Of a DNA stretch of 64,000 nucleotides, positions 54,124 through 63,055 are shown in pieces; positions within the stretch are counted from its first letter, which is position 1; each line of letters begins with the position of its first letter. This DNA comes from Bacteroidales bacterium (GTDB taxonomy: Bacteria; Bacteroidota; Bacteroidia; Bacteroidales; UBA932). A program made the translations under genes and the position numbers. The stretch is from assembly GCA_031551625.1 (NCBI GenBank), contig JAVBNJ010000030.1:1592-65591 (forward strand), read 5' to 3'. The notes below the pieces were generated by a model. It was not told the origin of the DNA and made no database searches. It was given only the letters and a program-made list of their open reading frames with translations.

Positions 54124-56187
54124 ATGAACCGAACACTATTAAAATCTAAACACAGTTGTGAGTTCAGCGCAGCTAAAAAAATCTACTTCTTATTCATGGC
54201 GTTGCTCTGCTGTTTTAGCGGCTATTCCGCAAACTGCGTCTCGGCAACACAAGTCAGCGCCAACTACACGACCCAACAGGTCACCTTTAAGCTGACGTGG
54301 ACGGGCTGCAATGGTACTACGCACTTGAACAAAGCCTGGTGCTTCGTCGACTTTCAACCGGTGGATGCGGCCGGTAACGGCGGTGCCTGGCAACGCGCTA
54401 CCATAAGCGGTACACCAGTGGTTGTTAATGGTACGTATGCCGCCGGCAACAGCAATGGCTTCTGGGTAACGGGCACCAACGGCCAGTCGGCTACCGTAAC
54501 CGTCAAATTGGGTAATGCTCCGGGTATTTTCAACTGGTGCGCCATTGCCACCGATTATCCGCCGCAAGCAACTTTTACCAGCCCTACGGTTGTGAAATTC
54601 AGCGGCACTTTACCATTTGTGTTAAGTTCGGGTGTTTCGGTTACCACTTCAGCCAAGACCTACACACCTGCGGCAGCGTTCACGTCGTTTACCGATAAAA
54701 CGAATGCTCCCGGTACAATTAATTGCGGAAGTGCGGTAACTACCCCTGCATTAACCGGCGGCGGCAGTGTTTGTGCCACAGCTACGCTCAGTGTCACCAA
54801 TAGTCAGGTAGGTGTGAGTTACCAATTATATAATGGAACCACAGCCGGCGAAAGTAAAGATGGTACCGGCGGCGCCATTAGTTTTACGCCGGTGGGAGCG
54901 GGAAGTTATAAAGTTGTTGGTAGAAATAACTATTACACGGCCTGTGCTGCAACGAGTACCGTGCAAACTGTAACACTTTATCCGATCGTTACGCAAAGTA
55001 ATCCAGCGGTAGCTACTATTTGTTACAACGCAACGAACACCTTCAGCCTGGCTGCGGCTACCGGCGGCGATGGAAACTATACGTACCTATGGCAGCAGTC
55101 GGGCAATAACTCGACGTGGACGAATGCCACGGGCACCCGCACAAATGCAGCGTACACTACTCCTGCCTTGACCGCGAATATGTATTACCGGCGCGTAGTT
55201 ACATCGTGTGGTAACTCGGCAACAAGCACGGCAGCATTGGTGACAGTACGGGCTAACTTTACCACTGGAACTATTGACAGTACCGGCCAGACTGTAACAG
55301 CTGGAGAAACACCCGGCGCTATTGGAAGCACTGTAGCAGCCAGCGGTGGCGGCGGAACCATCAGTTACCAGTGGTATAAAGATGGCGTAGCCATCAGCGG
55401 GGCTACGGCTGCTAACTATACGCCCCCGGCCAGCATGACTGCTGCGCTGGGGACTTACACGTATACACGGCGAGCAAAAGATAATACGTGTAATACTACA
55501 TTGACACAGTCTACCGGAAGCTGGGTGTTGAAAGTAACCTGTCCCTACACAGGAAGTGATTTACTCATGGACGCTACACATGTCTGCCAACAGCGGGCCA
55601 GCGGAGCGAAGAACTGGGAAGCATGGATTAAAGATGCGCGCGACAATGAATTATACAGAATTGTACGGATGCCCGACAATAAATGGTGGTTAGCACAGAA
55701 TGTAAAATATGCGGCGACTGGTTCGGCAGTCAGTGGATGCACAAAAGACGAATGCGGAAGGGCATACACTCCCACGCAAATGAATGGCGCTTGGGGTGGC
55801 TCTAGTGGCTGGGGTAGTAATATTCAGGGTATTTGCCCAAGCGGATGGGTGGTCCCTATACTTAGCGACTGGGATAATTTCATTACTGCAATTGGTAGTA
55901 CAAAAGCCGAAAGAATACGCCCTTATAATTCGACCTGTTCTCCAAAGTCGGATTACTACGGTTGGGCATCCAAAGTGGGCGTTTGGCAAGGCTCATCCAC
56001 CTACGATACTGCTGCAAGCCATTTTAATTATAACCCACCTGAAACCTATAACAGCGGATATGGTTTGGCTATAGATCGTTATTGGTGCCAGGGGAGTAGT
56101 TGCAATGGGGTGCTATATAATCATGTTATAGGTGAGGGTGGTTGTGAAGATATTTCTAACAGCTCTGTTCGTTGTTGGCGTTATTAA
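54124..56187 (+). CDS. secreted surface protein: shared N-domain, Ig-like repeats, and a C-terminal Fibrobacter-succinogenes-major-paralogous (FISUMP, C-type-lectin-like) domain
   Basis: N-domain QVTFKLTW..WCFVDFQ..WQRATI..TVKLGNAPGIFNWCAIATDYPPQAT. YQWYKDGVAISGATAANY repeats. C-terminal YRIVRMPDNKWWLAQNV...CPSGWVVP...SSVRCWRY. Confidence 0.75.
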   Translation: MNRTLLKSKHSCEFSAAKKIYFLFMALLCCFSGYSANCVSATQVSANYTTQQVTFKLTWTGCNGTTHLNKAWCFVDFQPVDAAGNGGAWQRATISGTPVVVNGTYAAGNSNGFWVTGTNGQSATVTVKLGNAPGIFNWCAIATDYPPQATFTSPTVVKFSGTLPFVLSSGVSVTTSAKTYTPAAAFTSFTDKTNAPGTINCGSAVTTPALTGGGSVCATATLSVTNSQVGVSYQLYNGTTAGESKDGTGGAISFTPVGAGSYKVVGRNNYYTACAATSTVQTVTLYPIVTQSNPAVATICYNATNTFSLAAATGGDGNYTYLWQQSGNNSTWTNATGTRTNAAYTTPALTANMYYRRVVTSCGNSATSTAALVTVRANFTTGTIDSTGQTVTAGETPGAIGSTVAASGGGGTISYQWYKDGVAISGATAANYTPPASMTAALGTYTYTRRAKDNTCNTTLTQSTGSWVLKVTCPYTGSDLLMDATHVCQQRASGAKNWEAWIKDARDNELYRIVRMPDNKWWLAQNVKYAATGSAVSGCTKDECGRAYTPTQMNGAWGGSSGWGSNIQGICPSGWVVPILSDWDNFITAIGSTKAERIRPYNSTCSPKSDYYGWASKVGVWQGSSTYDTAASHFNYNPPETYNSGYGLAIDRYWCQGSSCNGVLYNHVIGEGGCEDISNSSVRCWRY

Positions 56188-56256
56188 AGTATTTATATTT
56201 TTTAGATCATTATTTTAACTAATATAGAGCTCTTATATAAATTAATAGTATAGATT

Positions 56257-56300
56257 ATAAACTATTATATATTTATAAATAATAATATATAATAGTTTAT
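56257..56300. terminator. AT-rich 16-bp hairpin between convergent genes
   Basis: ATAAACTATTATATAT, a 12-nt loop, then ATATATAATAGTTTAT. Confidence 0.4.
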
Positions 56301-56388
56301 TTATTCTATTACTATAAATATCAACAAATAAACAGCACGAAAATTCGTTTGGTAATTTTACTGTTAAAGAACCGAATTCTTTCAATCC

Positions 56389-56988
56389 TTAGTTATAAAT
56401 CCATAGCAGAATCTTCCGGTCGTTATTTTTTAGTTGATTATCCAAATAGGTCATTGTCGTATTGGATACAACGGCGCACCCCAGGCTCCATCCCAACGGC
56501 AGGTGTTGTGGGTAGGTTTCGTAATCGGGAACAGGCGTATGGGAATGCAGCACAACGATCCGTTTAAAAGCATTGCTGTTGCTGGCTTCCAGGCCATGTA
56601 GCTTATAATGTACATGGATCCCGTATTGGCTATAGGCCCTTGTGCCGATACGGTATTTGCCCAGCGAGGTACAATAGCTTCCGGGCTTATTACTGAACAC
56701 CGGAGAAGCATTTGTGCTTCCGCCTCCGATGCCATGGCAACAAAGGCTTGTTCGAACAACTTCTTTTTTCGCAAAATCCCATACAAACAGACGGTATTTT
56801 CCCGAATGAATTTTCATATCGACCAACAGGCAAAAGGTGGTGTCCATCTTATTCTGCTTGCAGTAAGCAAAGGCCGAGTCGGCTTTCAACGATAGTTCGG
56901 AAATCGTATTTACAGGTTGCTTGGCAGCCTCTTGTGCATGGCATGCACTAAAGAAGTTTAAAATTAGGAAAAATAAACTGTACTTCAT
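56389..56988 (-). CDS. L,D-transpeptidase catalytic-domain family protein (YkuD_2 type)
   Basis: Signal peptide. CCHGIGGGST...FSNKPGSYCTSLGKYRIG...GLEASNSNAFKRIVVLHSH matches the YkuD_2 pattern. Confidence 0.7.
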   Translation of the reverse strand: MKYSLFFLILNFFSACHAQEAAKQPVNTISELSLKADSAFAYCKQNKMDTTFCLLVDMKIHSGKYRLFVWDFAKKEVVRTSLCCHGIGGGSTNASPVFSNKPGSYCTSLGKYRIGTRAYSQYGIHVHYKLHGLEASNSNAFKRIVVLHSHTPVPDYETYPQHLPLGWSLGCAVVSNTTMTYLDNQLKNNDRKILLWIYN

Positions 56989-57006
56989 AAGGATTGGAGA
57001 AATAAA

Positions 57007-58077
57007 TTACCGCCTTGTAATTGTTATGTTTCTACGGATACCATCATATTGAAATTGCGAAGAGGAGTTGCTGTCATTTGTTGCAAGCCCATCGGTAGAA
57101 TAAATACTGGTATGCAATGCGGCTTTACCGGCATCGGTGTTGATGCTGTTGATCAAAATGCTTTGCAACGTTTTTTTCGTATATTCCATCATGTTTTCAG
57201 CAGTTTGCCTGCTTGTTTCTGTTCCTTTCTCGGCAGCAGTTATAAAAATTTTCAATTGCTCATAAGTGGGAGTATCGAATTTTAATGTGCCATCGAACTG
57301 TTCGAAAGCCTCGTTAGCAGCGGATTCCAGCAGCTTCTTCTGTAGTTTTCGGAAAAGCGCTGCGTTGCCGAATGTTTCGACGGTCGAAATTTTACCATTT
57401 ACAAAAAACGCAAAACCAATCACATCAGATTTCCCGTCGAAAGCGGCTTGCAGTGCATTTACGTATTCAGTGACGCTGTTTTTCAACTTATCGTTTTCCA
57501 ATGTGAGCTGTAAGCTGGTAGGCGACGCCGTACTTTTTACTTCGGCCTGTACTTTCTCGGTGGCTTTTGTCTGGTAATCGGCCACCTCTTTCCATACTTT
57601 CGATTGATTTTTTTCTGTACGGGCGGCCACTTTCAAGGCTTTATTGTTCAGTGTTTTTTCGGACGATGAAAACTGAGCAGCGCTCTCGGACCCACGCTGG
57701 TTCCAACGGCTTTGTTCCACGCAGAACGATTGCAGCGGCACTTTACGTGCGCCGGGGTTCAGCACAATATCTTCGCCTATAGTACGGTCTTGCCTCCCGC
57801 CTTTTACGATGTCACCTGCCATGATGAATACGTACTCCTGCGACGTATTGTCGACGGTCAATTCGCCTACGTTGCCCGTTTCGTGCAGCGTAATTTTCTT
57901 TTGTTTCATGGCTTCTTCCAGCGTCAGGTAATTCCGCGCAATCTGGTCTTTACCCTGAATCAGAAAAATGCTCAGGTTTTTGTAGGTATGGCTTGTTGAT
58001 TGACTGGTTCCCCGTTGGCCACAGCCTAAAATAACGATCGCTGTAAGCAGCAGGCTAGTAATAAGTAAATTTTTCAT
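57007..58077 (-). CDS. ARPP-1/DUF6569-family protein with a lipoprotein signal
   Basis: Lipobox VILGCGQ. YLTLEEAMKQKKITLHETGNVGELTVDNTSQEYVFIMAGDIVKGGRQDR...SFCVEQSRW matches the ARPP-1 N-terminal pattern from memory. Confidence 0.55.
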   Translation of the reverse strand: MKNLLITSLLLTAIVILGCGQRGTSQSTSHTYKNLSIFLIQGKDQIARNYLTLEEAMKQKKITLHETGNVGELTVDNTSQEYVFIMAGDIVKGGRQDRTIGEDIVLNPGARKVPLQSFCVEQSRWNQRGSESAAQFSSSEKTLNNKALKVAARTEKNQSKVWKEVADYQTKATEKVQAEVKSTASPTSLQLTLENDKLKNSVTEYVNALQAAFDGKSDVIGFAFFVNGKISTVETFGNAALFRKLQKKLLESAANEAFEQFDGTLKFDTPTYEQLKIFITAAEKGTETSRQTAENMMEYTKKTLQSILINSINTDAGKAALHTSIYSTDGLATNDSNSSSQFQYDGIRRNITITRR

Positions 58078-58090
58078 AAAAAAGTAGTTT

Positions 58091-59029
58091 TTAATTGGTA
58101 ATTGCTTGGTAAGTCGCCTCTATAACTTGAGCCATTTTAGGAATATCAAGCGTTTCCATCGTGTCTCCGGATTGGTGGTAATTTTTATTCCGGTAGAAAG
58201 CCGTATTGGTCACCATTAAAGCGTCGTATCCCATATTCCAATAGTTCAAATGATCTGAAAAATCAATAGGTAGAATACTTCCGGGTGTAGCTATCGATTT
58301 TGTTTTGATAGTAGCCGCCTGTTCAAATTTTTTAGAGAACTGTTTTACAAACTTTCCGTAACCGCTGCGCTTGGCCAATAAGATATAATCACCAGTGCAT
58401 CCATACACTACTTTCATTGCTTTTACCGGATAGGTTTGTGATTTTTTTGCGTCACTGAAAAATCCGATCATTTCTAATGCGACCATTCCCAGTACTGCTG
58501 TATTTGCCTTCTTTAGTGTATTAACGTGGATATAGCTGCCCATGTATTCTGTGCGAAAAAAAGGGGGTTCTTCCAATGAGTAAGCCACCAGTTCTACCGG
58601 ATTTTCGAGCGCTTGCCCATGTAACATACGGGCCAGTTCCAACAATCCGACCACTCCGCTGGCATTATCGTCTGCGCCTTCTTGGTTGCCGCATACATCA
58701 TAGTGGGCACCCATTATAATGCGGGGCCGGTGCGCATCGCCAAACCGGCAAACTACATTTTTATAGATGCGTCCTTCTACAGAGTAAGGTTGAAAATAAG
58801 CTGTATCTGCATATTGCTTGAAAACGCCCAATATATAGTCGGCTGTTTGGTTCAATGCGGTAATGTTTTGGTAATTCCGGAAGATGTTTGTTTTAGTAAT
58901 CGCCGTAAGATGTTCAGTAATTAACATTGTATCGGAAGCTGGACAATCTTGCGGCTTGGCAGCCACATGCGAGCACGCAGTATTACCGGAGGCGATAGCG
59001 AGAAGTACTAATTTTAAGCAGCTTTTCAT
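58091..59029 (-). CDS. M28 family metallopeptidase
   Basis: Signal peptide. GAHYDV and DDNASGV zinc-ligand motifs. LEE. Confidence 0.85.
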   Translation of the reverse strand: MKSCLKLVLLAIASGNTACSHVAAKPQDCPASDTMLITEHLTAITKTNIFRNYQNITALNQTADYILGVFKQYADTAYFQPYSVEGRIYKNVVCRFGDAHRPRIIMGAHYDVCGNQEGADDNASGVVGLLELARMLHGQALENPVELVAYSLEEPPFFRTEYMGSYIHVNTLKKANTAVLGMVALEMIGFFSDAKKSQTYPVKAMKVVYGCTGDYILLAKRSGYGKFVKQFSKKFEQAATIKTKSIATPGSILPIDFSDHLNYWNMGYDALMVTNTAFYRNKNYHQSGDTMETLDIPKMAQVIEATYQAITN

Positions 59030-59178
59030 ATAATCTATATTCTTTCTTGTTGTGAATTTCTACTGCAAAAGTAAGAAGTAAAATCGTGCGCTTTTCCATA
59101 AAAATGGTGAAAAAAGGTTTCGACTTGGTGAAAAGCATCTCCCGAGTGGATAAAAATTACTTACTTTGCACTCGGAAA

Positions 59179-60891
59179 ATGAAACAGATGAAAAAAGCAC
59201 TCCTATTAACTATCTTTTTTGGGTTGATTTTTACTGCGGTGGCACAGGAGTCCAAAAATTCGAAACGGGTGCCGAAACAAGCTTACCCGGCTGCGACGAA
59301 ACTTTCGAAATCGTTGGAAGAAGCCAAGCCCGATAGCGTGATTGCCCGCGAGTATACCGAATTGGCGAAAAGCCTGGCCGGAAAAGCTTCGTATGCCAAA
59401 GCCGAAGAATATTTCGGGAAAGCGCTCCAGCTTTATACCAAATTAAAGCAAAAGGATAAAATTGCGGAAGTGAGCCGCGAGCTGGCTAAAGTACAAGAGG
59501 CCCAGGGCAAGAACAAACAAGCCGAACAAAGTTTTGAAAAAGCGGCTACCATTGCGAAGGACGAAGTGTTTAAACAATTAAACACGAATGATGCCAGCCG
59601 GTTGCAAAATGCCGACAAGCCGAAAACACAGGCGCAGTACATGGAAAGTAATATCGCTATCCTTGAAAGTACCGGCCAGCGCAAGGAAGCAACGGTGGTT
59701 GCCCAAAAAATGGCCGATGCGTATGTGGCCGATGAACAGTATGAAAAAGCTATTGAGGTGAATACCCAACTGGTGCAGGAATCGAAAGCGGAAGGAGATG
59801 TTACAGCTGCTATCGGTCAATTGCAGTCGCTGTCCGAGGCCTATTTCAAAGAAGCCGAAAGTAAAGCGAATGTATCGCCGGAATTGGGAGTAGAAGCGTT
59901 GCAGCAAGCCTATAGCCTGGCGGTGGAAAATGCACAAACACAGGAAGCCAAGCATACCACAGAATTGCTGGCGGCACATTACCAGAAGCAGCGCGACAGC
60001 AAGTCGGCGGTAAAAGCCTATCAGCGGTTTTTCGAAGACCTCGATCAACTGATTCGGGCCGATAGTTCGCTGGTCGACGCTAAACTTTTTGCAGCTACCG
60101 AAGAGCGGATTACCCAGTTGGAAAAAGAACGCGAATTGCAAGATGAACTGATTGACCGGCAAAATACGTTCAACTATACGCTACTGGGGCTTATTGTTGT
60201 AATGCTTTTATTGCTAATTGTTATCATAAGAGCCTTTTACTCCATTAAAAAAGGGAACCGCCAAATAGCCCTGCAATCGTTGCGTCGCGAAATGAATCCA
60301 CATTTTATATTCAATAGCCTCAATAGTATAAATCATTTTATTGCACAAAATAATGAATTAGCAGCTAATAAGTATTTGACATCCTATTCAAAATTGATGC
60401 GTACTTCAATGGAAAATTCAAATAATGATTTTATAAAATTGAGCAATGAATTGGATTTGTTGCGCGAATACCTTGATTTGGAACACTTGCGCTTCAACGA
60501 AAAATTTAGTTATGAAATAATCGTGGACGAGCAGCTTGATGCGGAACTGGTTTATATCCCGAATATGTTGCTGCAGCCGCATCTCGAAAATGCCGTGTGG
60601 CATGGGTTGCGGTACAAGGAAGGCCGGGGGATGCTGCGTTTGTCGGTTATGCAGGAGGGAGAAACAGTAGTGATCGCAATAGATGACAATGGCATAGGGT
60701 TACAACAGAGTAAGGCTATGAAAACTGCGAACCAGAAAGTATATCATTCACGCGGGTTATCGAATATCAACGAACGGATTAAACTGTTGAATAAATTGTA
60801 TCACATGGTTATTGAGATGACAATTGCCGAAAAGCAATTTCCGGAAACCGGGGTGGTAGTTACCTTGCGAGTACCGAAGAAAAATAATTAG
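59179..60891 (+). CDS. sensor histidine kinase, LytS/YehU type (His_kinase domain), with an extracytoplasmic TPR/coiled-coil region
   Basis: Signal peptide MKQMKKALLLTIFFGLIF, a TPR-like region, one TM helix, then NPHFIFNSLNSINHFI and an HATPase region. The ORF-track start at 59086 is probably too far upstream. Confidence 0.85.
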   Translation: MKQMKKALLLTIFFGLIFTAVAQESKNSKRVPKQAYPAATKLSKSLEEAKPDSVIAREYTELAKSLAGKASYAKAEEYFGKALQLYTKLKQKDKIAEVSRELAKVQEAQGKNKQAEQSFEKAATIAKDEVFKQLNTNDASRLQNADKPKTQAQYMESNIAILESTGQRKEATVVAQKMADAYVADEQYEKAIEVNTQLVQESKAEGDVTAAIGQLQSLSEAYFKEAESKANVSPELGVEALQQAYSLAVENAQTQEAKHTTELLAAHYQKQRDSKSAVKAYQRFFEDLDQLIRADSSLVDAKLFAATEERITQLEKERELQDELIDRQNTFNYTLLGLIVVMLLLLIVIIRAFYSIKKGNRQIALQSLRREMNPHFIFNSLNSINHFIAQNNELAANKYLTSYSKLMRTSMENSNNDFIKLSNELDLLREYLDLEHLRFNEKFSYEIIVDEQLDAELVYIPNMLLQPHLENAVWHGLRYKEGRGMLRLSVMQEGETVVIAIDDNGIGLQQSKAMKTANQKVYHSRGLSNINERIKLLNKLYHMVIEMTIAEKQFPETGVVVTLRVPKKNN

Positions 60892-60929
60892 CCTTGCGGA
60901 ACTTGCGGTTCATGATAAAAGATGAGTAT

Positions 60930-61676
60930 ATGGAAAAAATTCGAAGTGTAATAGTAGAAGACGAATCGGCAGCACGAGAAGTCTTGAAAAGCTACTTAAC
61001 CAAGTATTGTCCGCAGGTGCAGGTAATAGGCGAGGCGCAGGATTGCAAAGAGGCGGTGGCCTTGCTTCACGAAGTGCACCCGCAATTGGTATTCCTTGAT
61101 GTAGAAATGCCCTTCGGCAATGCATTCGATGTATTGGAGCAATGTATGGATCTGGAATTTGAAACAATCTTTACTACCGCATTTTCAGAATATTCAATTA
61201 AAGCATTGAACCAAAGTGCAGCCTATTATTTATTGAAACCTATAAATATAGAAGAACTTATTTTAGCCGTTACTAAAGTTCAGCAACATCTTTTGAAGCA
61301 AGCATTATTTAATCGCAATAGTATTGTTCTTGAGAATTTTCGGGAGAAGCAGCCTGAACGCCGCCAGGTGGTGTTACCCACGCTCGACGGCTTTGAGTTG
61401 GTGCGCATGGACGAGATCGTGCGCTTACAGGGCAACGGCAACTTTACCGATATTTATCTTGCCGACGGCAGCAAAAAAATGGTGTGCCGTTTTCTGAAAC
61501 ATTTTTCAGAGTTGCTTCCCCTGCCTTTTTTGCGGGTGCATAAATCGCATATCATTAATACCACCTATGTGGCTTCTTTCCATAAGGGGTTGGGTGGTTA
61601 TGTAACAATGAGCACCGGCGCTGAAATAGAAATTTCGCCCAGCTACAAGGATGAATTTCTGAAGGCGTTTAAATAA
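60930..61676 (+). CDS. LytTR-family response regulator
   Basis: The receiver domain starts MEKIRSVIVEDE, with FLDVEMP. The C-terminal LytTR DNA-binding domain contains FLRVHKSHIIN. It lies directly downstream of the kinase gene. Confidence 0.9.
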   Translation: MEKIRSVIVEDESAAREVLKSYLTKYCPQVQVIGEAQDCKEAVALLHEVHPQLVFLDVEMPFGNAFDVLEQCMDLEFETIFTTAFSEYSIKALNQSAAYYLLKPINIEELILAVTKVQQHLLKQALFNRNSIVLENFREKQPERRQVVLPTLDGFELVRMDEIVRLQGNGNFTDIYLADGSKKMVCRFLKHFSELLPLPFLRVHKSHIINTTYVASFHKGLGGYVTMSTGAEIEISPSYKDEFLKAFK

Positions 61677-61750
61677 CCGGTTTCTGAAATAGCCCTTCTT
61701 AAGCTTATTGCTTCATTGAAAATTTGCCTAAATGCGTTGCTATTCCGCAC

Positions 61751-61948
61751 CTAATTTTTCCGGAATATACCTATTTCCCGCCCACGGAAATATTCGATGC
61801 AGCTATAAAGTAAATAGCAGGCAGCCCCTTCATCTATATTGCCGAGTACCGGTATATTATCCGGAAGAAACTCGAAAACCCCGGCAGTAGGATTAGCCAG
61901 GTAGACGAGGCTTAAGCACCCCAAGAAGCCGACTAGAAATTTTTTCAT
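61751..61948 (-). CDS. DUF1232 (YkvA-like) small membrane protein
   Basis: MKKFLVGFLGCLSLVYLANP...FLPDNIPVLGNIDEG motif. The start was taken at the internal Met of ORF 61751-62083. Confidence 0.6.
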   Translation of the reverse strand: MKKFLVGFLGCLSLVYLANPTAGVFEFLPDNIPVLGNIDEGAACYLLYSCIEYFRGREIGIFRKN

Positions 61949-62065
61949 AATGTATAAAAACTGTTTTTTCGACAAATATACATTAATTATTTTAGGTGAC
62001 AGCGGCAAAAAAATTTGCGTATTTCGAAAAATAGTCGTTACTTTGCATTTCAAAGTACTTTTATT

Positions 62066-62701
62066 ATGACAACAAATCAACATTCGGAAGATTTAAAACA
62101 TATCAGGCATTTGATGGAAAACTCGTCGCGGTTCATGGCATTGAGCGGCTGGTCGGTGTTTGCCGCTGGTATTATAGCCTTGGTGGGTACTGTAGTGGCG
62201 CGGTTTTTTATATTGGCTAACGGCGCCGTGCGCTACGATGAATATATGCGTGGTGTGGGTGCCTCAATAGGTATGCCTATCCGGATTAAAATGATTTTGT
62301 TGGCGGGGATTGTACTGGCTTGTGCCATCGCCATCGCCTATTTTTTCATTGCCCGGAAAGCCAAGCAGGCCGGCGAAAGAGTTTGGACGCTTTCGGCCCG
62401 CCGTGCACTTACTCAGTTTGGTATTCCGTTTATAACCGGCGGTGTCTTTTGTTTGGCGCTGTTGCTGCATGGCCATATCCAATTCCTGGCGTCGGCCATG
62501 CTGTTATTCTATGGTTTGGGGCTGGTGGGTGCGGCTAAATTTACGATTCGCGAAATTTACTACCTGGGCCTTTGCGAAATTGCATTCGGCCTGCTCGATG
62601 CGTTTTTCTTCGGCCATAGCCTGCTGTTTTGGGTACTGGGCTTCGGTATTGCGAATGTGGCGGCCGGCCTGGTTATTTATTTTAAATACGACCGTGCATG
62701 A
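62066..62701 (+). CDS. hypothetical polytopic membrane protein
   Basis: About 5 TM helices. Its stop overlaps (ATGA) the start of the downstream wHTH regulator gene. Confidence 0.5.
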   Translation: MTTNQHSEDLKHIRHLMENSSRFMALSGWSVFAAGIIALVGTVVARFFILANGAVRYDEYMRGVGASIGMPIRIKMILLAGIVLACAIAIAYFFIARKAKQAGERVWTLSARRALTQFGIPFITGGVFCLALLLHGHIQFLASAMLLFYGLGLVGAAKFTIREIYYLGLCEIAFGLLDAFFFGHSLLFWVLGFGIANVAAGLVIYFKYDRA

Positions 62702-62994
62702 AAACAATTATATCGGGGTTGAATAAGGTATTCGACAGCCGCATCCGGTTGGGGATTATGGCGGTGTTGGCGGTCAACGACCAGCTCGATTTCAATGCCC
62801 TGAAAGAGCTGCTCGAAATTACCGACGGCAACCTTGCTACGCACCTCAAGGCTCTTGAAACAAACGGGCTGATTGGCGTGCATAAACAATTTATCGGAAA
62901 GCGGCCGAACACGTCGTATTCCATCACCAAACTTGGCGAAAAACAATTCCGGCAACACCTCAAGGCATTGGAAGATTTAATGACAATAAAATAA
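62698..62994 (+). CDS. winged-helix transcriptional regulator (HTH_34/ArsR-like)
   Basis: RIRLGIMAVLAVNDQLDFNALKELLEITDGNLATHLKALETNGLI...YSITKLG. 98 aa. Confidence 0.8.
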   Translation: MKTIISGLNKVFDSRIRLGIMAVLAVNDQLDFNALKELLEITDGNLATHLKALETNGLIGVHKQFIGKRPNTSYSITKLGEKQFRQHLKALEDLMTIK

Positions 62995-63025
62995 TTTTTT
63001 TAGCTATTAACTTTGAAATAAAAAG

Positions 63026-63033
63026 TACTTTTG
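63026..63033 (+). promoter_or_regulatory. -7 promoter box for creD
   Basis: TACTTTTG, 23 nt upstream of ATG 63056. Confidence 0.4.
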
Positions 63034-63055
63034 ATAATAATAAAACACAAAAATT

